Shown one piece after another: positions 58,493 through 64,000 of a stretch of DNA of 64,000 bases. The position numbers and the translations under genes are program-made. The first letter of the stretch is position 1. The number at the start of each line of letters is the position of its first letter. A model generated the notes under the pieces. It saw nothing but the letters and a program-made list of their open reading frames with translations. It was not told where the DNA came from and did no database searches. This DNA comes from the human T2T-CHM13v2.0 reference genome, Homo sapiens, in NCBI RefSeq assembly GCF_009914755.1, contig NC_060942.1; one strand, given 5' to 3'.

Positions 58493-61400
58493 TGGTATTC
58501 TTATTTTCTATAGTACATATCTTATATAAGAAAACTAAAGTAGTGATGGGATTTACCTAGTCTACCAGGTTGCTAAAAAACAGGTGTTTAAATTGTGCAA
58601 TGTTGCGTAGAGGACTATTTGGCAAATATTGGTAACTTCAGCAATCTCTTTCACATCTGACTTCCCCCCAAAGCTCCAGCTGATGCCCACCTGCCCTAAC
58701 ATTATGGTATCTCATCACGGCCATGCAGAGCAGTTTCTATTGAAGTTTCTTTTCTAAATACATCTCCAGGGGTGCCAACTTTGCACTATCAAAAGCCCCA
58801 AAATGCTTGGGGAGGTTAATATTTTTAAAAGGCCATTTCTTTCCGACAATACCCAGGTTTGAAATCTGGGTTGAGGATCTTGATCAGGACAAACCCACAA
58901 AGTCTTCATACTGAGAAGGAAACATTTGCTCTAAAGAATGAACTAAATATGTTAAAATTAGAAAAGGAAAATTAAGTTGACTTTAGCATTTTCTTAACTG
59001 ATTTTTGTTACCTGGAAACAACTTCTAAGAGAAGTTAAAAACACTTTAAACTTTTCATTTAAAGTTAAGTGGAAAATGGGGGTAGAAAACAATCTTCAGG
59101 AATGAGAAAAAATGCTATTTAAACAAAAAAACTCCACTACTTATAACTCTATTGAATAACTATCAAAAACATTCAGAGATTGTCGAGACTAACTGGCAAA
59201 TTAATATTATTTTTTAAACTAACTGAAAAGCCTGATAAAAGGCACCTGAAACTATTCCACCAGCATGCTCTTGCTGGGAGGTTGTTCGAGACAGCTTTGG
59301 GGTTTTCAAACCTTAAATCAAGTAGAATTGAAAAGTTGACAGAAGCAGAGAAATCCACACACACACGGCTGAATTCAATTATGTTTTGCAAGAAAAGTGA
59401 CTGAGGTATGTCACAAAAAGTAGGCAAGGAAGATAGATACAATTTCACAATTAACGTCATAGTTCACACATTGGACCATGACCAGTTTATATTTACCAAA
59501 GTCACAAAATAATGAATGCTTTATATGTTTCCATATGATTTTTGCATTTAGAAAATGTTTGTAAATTGCCTATCTAAGAAAAAAAATCACTGACTTTCTT
59601 TAAATGAAAATTTCCATTTACTTCTTCATCAAATAGTTGTGTTTTCTAATTTATCTGTGGTTCTTTAACCAAGAACAAATATATCATTAAAAAGAAAAAT
59701 AAAAGACATAAATGATACCTACAAAAGCAAAACGTAGAAGCCTATTTATCGGGTACTCAGAGGGTTGGATAGGCAATTTTCTTATTTTAGAAACCATAAA
59801 AAGAACGATGTATTAATTAATTTATTAATTCTTGAGTGAAACTGCCCCAGCGAGTAGCTGTGTGCCAGTGCCAGTGAGGGACCAATTATTATTCGCCCCA
59901 CACAGGACAATATGGAGAGTGCTATCAGAGGGGACGCCGGGGCTTTTCACCGAGTCCTTGCTGCTGTTGGGCTCTCAGTTGTTTGCTCTATTTTCTTTAT
60001 TTAGCCATAAGACCGTGATCTGGGGTTTAGGACAGCAATATTTTTACAAAAGGCGCACTAAACCTCCCACATCTGCACAGCTCTCGTGACGATCTGTTCT
60101 GCACCCAACGCCGTGTTTTCCTGAGAGTAATATGTCCGCTGTGTCTTTAAAAGAACCACTGTGTCAGCTTTCATCTCGCTGTTTGCACTTTTACCTGTAA
60201 TCTGATTGTGGGGAGAAAAGGAGAACTTGGGTATCCCTCCCTGGCACCCTGTTACCAATAGCATTTGTTTAGTTAGTAATTCTATCTCAGCCGGGACTTT
60301 TCCCATTCGCTGGGTTTGTTGCACTCTGTGTACATAGCTGCATCTCCATGGCAATGGAAAAACATGATGCTGGAGATTCAAAAGGGGGCGAGGGAGTGGA
60401 GGAAACACTACCCTCAGGTCCCAGCCTCCCGGGAGGGGCTGGGCTAATTTATATGTCAAGTTAAGGGATGTTGGGACTCAGAGATCAAAGAAGGTCAAAA
60501 CTGGGCTCTTGGAATGGGAGATATTTATTATGTTTAATATAAATACAAATGTGTCCAAGAAGAGAAACTGAAACCTTAAAAGGCATGTAGATTGTGATTG
60601 GTAAACATAAATAACACATCTGAAAATGGGTAGATTGCTAAAATTAACAGGCACTTTTAAAAGCTGTCTTAATTTAAATCAGGATAAATTAAGACAGTGA
60701 CAACCTCAATTGAAATTGAAAATACAAATCACTTGAAAACGTTGATTAAAATTTCTAACAAGACTTTAGAAATGTCTTGTAATACCTTCTGACTATAAAT
60801 GCACTTTAGACATTTCTGGTTTCACTCCTCAGCTACATGTTTTGTTATTAAGAGCATTTGTTTCATACCGTTAACAATACAGCACTAGTTTGACAAATTG
60901 TGGTATGGGGGTGTGAGTGCCTGATGGAGAAAGAGGCTTTGTCTTTTGGGGGGCCCATTAGTGAAACAACTAATAAGCCTATAGCAAAACTGATATGATG
61001 GGAAATGACTTCTATTCAGTTAACTCGATTATTAGTGCTAATTGGGGCCAGGTGAAGCATGGATAATTGAAATTCACAGATAATCCAAAAACCTCTATTT
61101 AACCAATAACTTCAAACTTCTTCCCCATCAAACCAATTACCGGAGGAGCTAACAAATAGAAAAAATGGATTAAATTGAATTTCACTTCCCCCAAAGATTA
61201 CCACTATGATGTCTTTTTTATTGATTAATTCAGAGCAAGAGCCAAAGATTAACTATATTTTAGAGACTAAATTACAGATAGTCCCCAACAATTAAAAAGA
61301 AAAAGATTATATTCCAACGGTTTGTTTATAAATCAGTTACTTCAGTTACTTGAAGCTCAGAATGCTTTTTCTCATAGAACAAAGCGTCGATTGGGGTAGG

Positions 61401-61539
61401 GTACCAAGGTAGCACACAGAGGTCAGCCAGTAACCCAATGACACTGGAAATATATTTAAGATTCTCAGCTCCTTAGTCAAGTTCTTTTGAATCCTAAATC
61501 CTTACCCTCCCACCCCTAAATCTCTCTGAGCCTTCAATC

Positions 61540-62010
61540 TATTTTTTTAACTGAAGTAAAACTCACATAGCCTAAAATCAAAAGTGTACAACTCAGTGGC
61601 ATTTAGTGTAGTCACGGTGTTATGCCACCATCACCTCCAGTTTCAAAACACTGTCCTCATGCAGAAAGGAAAGCCCCCTTGGACCCATTAGCAATCATTC
61701 CCCATCCCCGACTCCTTCAGACCCTGGCGACCTCGGATCTGCTTTCTGTCTCTATGGATTTGCCTCTTCTGGACATTTCATACAACTGGGCTCATAACAA
61801 TCTGTGGTATTTTGTGCCTGACGTCCTCCACTCAGCATAAGGCTTTTAAGGTTCATCCATGTTGTGGCATGTGCCAGTGTTTCACTCCTTCTCATGAGTG
61901 AATAATATTCCATCGTGGGGATACAGCACACTTTACTTATCCATTCCCCCTCTTGGAGGGGTGCTTGAGTTGTTTCCATTTTGTGGCTACTGCGAATGCT
62001 GCTGCTATTA
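61540..62010 (-). mobile_element. L1MB 3' end
   Basis: CTGTCTCTATGGATTTGCCTCTTCTGGACATTTCATA...GTTCATCCATGTTGTGGCATG. Confidence 0.9.
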
Positions 62011-62293
62011 AACCTGATTTTGACCCTGTGGTGGCATAAGGAGCTCATCAGGGTGAACTGGAAGGGGTGTGCCCCACTGCTGGTGTCTGGTCAAGCAAAC
62101 CCTCACCCCTTGAGAGAGGAGTCAGTGGGAGACACCACTCAAGTCTCCATAATGAGGGACAATTTCAGGCTGGGACAACATGGTGGAGGAAGGACCTCTT
62201 CAGAGAGGAAGTGCACGTAAGGGGCAAGGACCCTAGAAAGACCTGTGGGACCTGTGGAGAGTATGCACGTCCTTCAGATTGAGGCTGGTTTGA

Positions 62294-62468
62294 GGCCGGG
62301 TGCCATGGCTCACGCCTGTAATCCCAGCACTTTGGGAGACCAAGGCAGGCGGATCACCTGAGGTCAGGAGTTCGAGACCAGCCTGGCTGACAAGGTGAAA
62401 CCCCGTCTCTACTAAAAATACAAAAATTAGCCGGGCGCGGGGGCACACACCAAAAAAAAAAAAAAAAA
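62294..62468 (+). mobile_element. AluS left arm plus a short stub and A-tail
   Basis: Alu up to AATTAGCCGGGCGCGGGGGCACACACC, then poly-A. Confidence 0.88.
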
Positions 62469-62907
62469 CAAACCTGGGCTGAGTGCAGAAATCAGTCCAA
62501 TCCAGGGAGAAATCTGGCAAATACTCTTGGCCAGCTCCTGTTTTTCTGAAAACATAGGTGCCAGAAGAGCATCCGGTAGCAGCTGCCAAGTTCAATACTA
62601 GGACTCCACTCCACAGACAATTCTGTCACCCCATTGTGGGTGTCCTGGATGCCCAGAAAACCCACATCTCTTGATAAAGTCCTCCTGTGGTAAGTCTGCA
62701 ACCCCTCTGCACCCAGCCCCTCTGCTGACACCCCCTCTGCACCCTGCATCTTTGCCAAGTGGGGAGAGATGCATTCCAGAACTCCAGTGGCAGGATCTGC
62801 CCTTGCCGGGATCATGCAGACTTGGCATTTTCCAGTACCTACTGTTGCTTGAGGTTTCTTATAATAGAGCAGGATGAGCAACACGACTTCTCGTTTTGTA
62901 ATTTGGC

Positions 62908-62997
62908 ACATATGTATATGTTTTATACATACATGCTATGTGTCTATATGTACACATGGCAATACATACGTGTATATGTATACGTATATATGTATGT
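62908..62997. repeat. (TATG/TACA)n simple repeat
   Basis: Degenerate alternating purine-pyrimidine tract. Confidence 0.8.
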
Positions 62998-63322
62998 CAA
63001 CGAATACCTAAATATATAATCATATGAAACAAACTGTTTATCCCTGTTCCATAAACTTCATATCAATTCAATAAATAAAATTTGTTCAAAATCCAATCAT
63101 CCCAACACATTAACATTTAATTTTTCCCTATTTTCTGTCTGTGTTTGTCATTGAATATTAAAAGTTTTGCTTTTTTTTACTATTTCACCTCTTTTCTAGG
63201 TAGTCCATAATTTTAAAACAATATATATGGCACCACTTGGTCTTCACAGCTTTCAAGACAGGACTGTCAAGGCAAGGACACTCCTTAGGGGACCCTGTCC
63301 CATAAAGTCAAATTATGCGGGA

Positions 63323-63337
63323 TGAGTCAGTGACGCA
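63323..63337 (+). promoter_or_regulatory. AP-1 plus CRE-like tandem at the putative LINC00908 start
   Basis: TGAGTCA-G-TGACGCA. Confidence 0.5.
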
Positions 63338-63778
63338 GGAGCTAAAAACAGTGTCCCTTTAAAAATGTGCATGCCTTTGAAATGGAATAAGTAAAGTACT
63401 TGCAGATGCAAATGGTTTCAAGTTTCACTGGAGACCCAGCGAAAGCGGCTGTTCTCAAAGTTGCCAGGCAGTGTGGAAACGCCCACTGAGGGGCACACAG
63501 TGAGGCGGCCACTGGCTCTGTGTCCTTGGGGAAGCCCCTTCTGCGGTCCCCTCCATTGTCTGCGTGACAAAGTGGACGTAGAACTCCCCCATTTCCTGCC
63601 CAGGGCGGGTGAGGACCCTGCACACACACGGTGTGTTTGTGAGCTGTGCAGAGTGGGGTCTCCCTGGCAATGGCCACAGCCTCCAGGGGCGCTGACACCT
63701 CCCGTCTAACTGGTAGACAGTTTCTGCCTCTTCTTGTTTGGGGATTGGAGAGGGAAGTGCGTCTGGATGACTACTAAG
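63334..63778 (+). ncRNA. LINC00908: LINC00908 exon 1 (TSS approximate)
   Basis: GC-richer segment ending at donor AAG|GTAAAT (63778/63779); ~33 kb from the ZNF516 promoter, as recalled for this locus. Confidence 0.7.
63767..63778 (+). CDS. LINC00908: First four codons (MTTK) of the ASRPS micropeptide; the rest lies in downstream exons outside the window
   Basis: ATG ACT ACT AAG directly followed by a GTAAAT donor; matches the recalled N-terminus (MTTK...) of the ~60-aa ASRPS peptide. Confidence 0.65.
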
Positions 63779-64000
63779 GTAAATATGGAATGGGCACCGC
63801 GTCTTCCCTTTCTTCTCTCCCTTCCCACGCACCTGCCTGGCTCCCCGGCTCTCCCGCCCTGGCCAGAGTCAATGTGAGCTGCAAAGTCCATATGTGAACA
63901 GCTGTGGGCAAGTCGTGCAACAGTGCTCATGGGACTTACTACGCATCTAAGCCGCTGAACTTCAGCTGGACCCCAAATGGCCTTGGTCACGTTTTGTTTC

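Noticed and set aside
63678-63695. CTCF-like motifs (also ~14708 and ~56044)
   Set aside because: Each misses core consensus positions; cannot be supported without a PWM scan or ChIP data.

Overview
Human (primate) genomic DNA: Alu/L1/MIR/MER/Tigger repeats, a ~6 kb CpG island at ~25.4-31.4 kb, and no long coding exons. I recognise it from memory (no database search) as the chr18q23 ZNF516 5' region. Positions 1-29.8 kb are intron 1 of ZNF516 (minus strand, non-coding exon 1 at ~29822-29920). The island also holds a spliced antisense RNA (ZNF516-AS1) and the divergent ZNF516-DT/C18orf65 transcript, whose two exons join into a 163-aa ORF. A repeat-rich intergenic stretch follows, then exon 1 of LINC00908, which ends in ATG-ACT-ACT-AAG|GT, matching the MTTK start of the ASRPS micropeptide as I recall it. 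I see no wholly new gene system. The best leads are: a strong-Kozak upstream ORF overlapping the weak ASRPS start, the spliced first-AUG C18orf65 ORF, a multi-promoter sense/antisense hub, a tandem ARE/GATA element, template-switch-type inverted repeats, and an Alu-associated deletion inside Tigger1. Repeat subfamilies and TSS positions are by eye and approximate.
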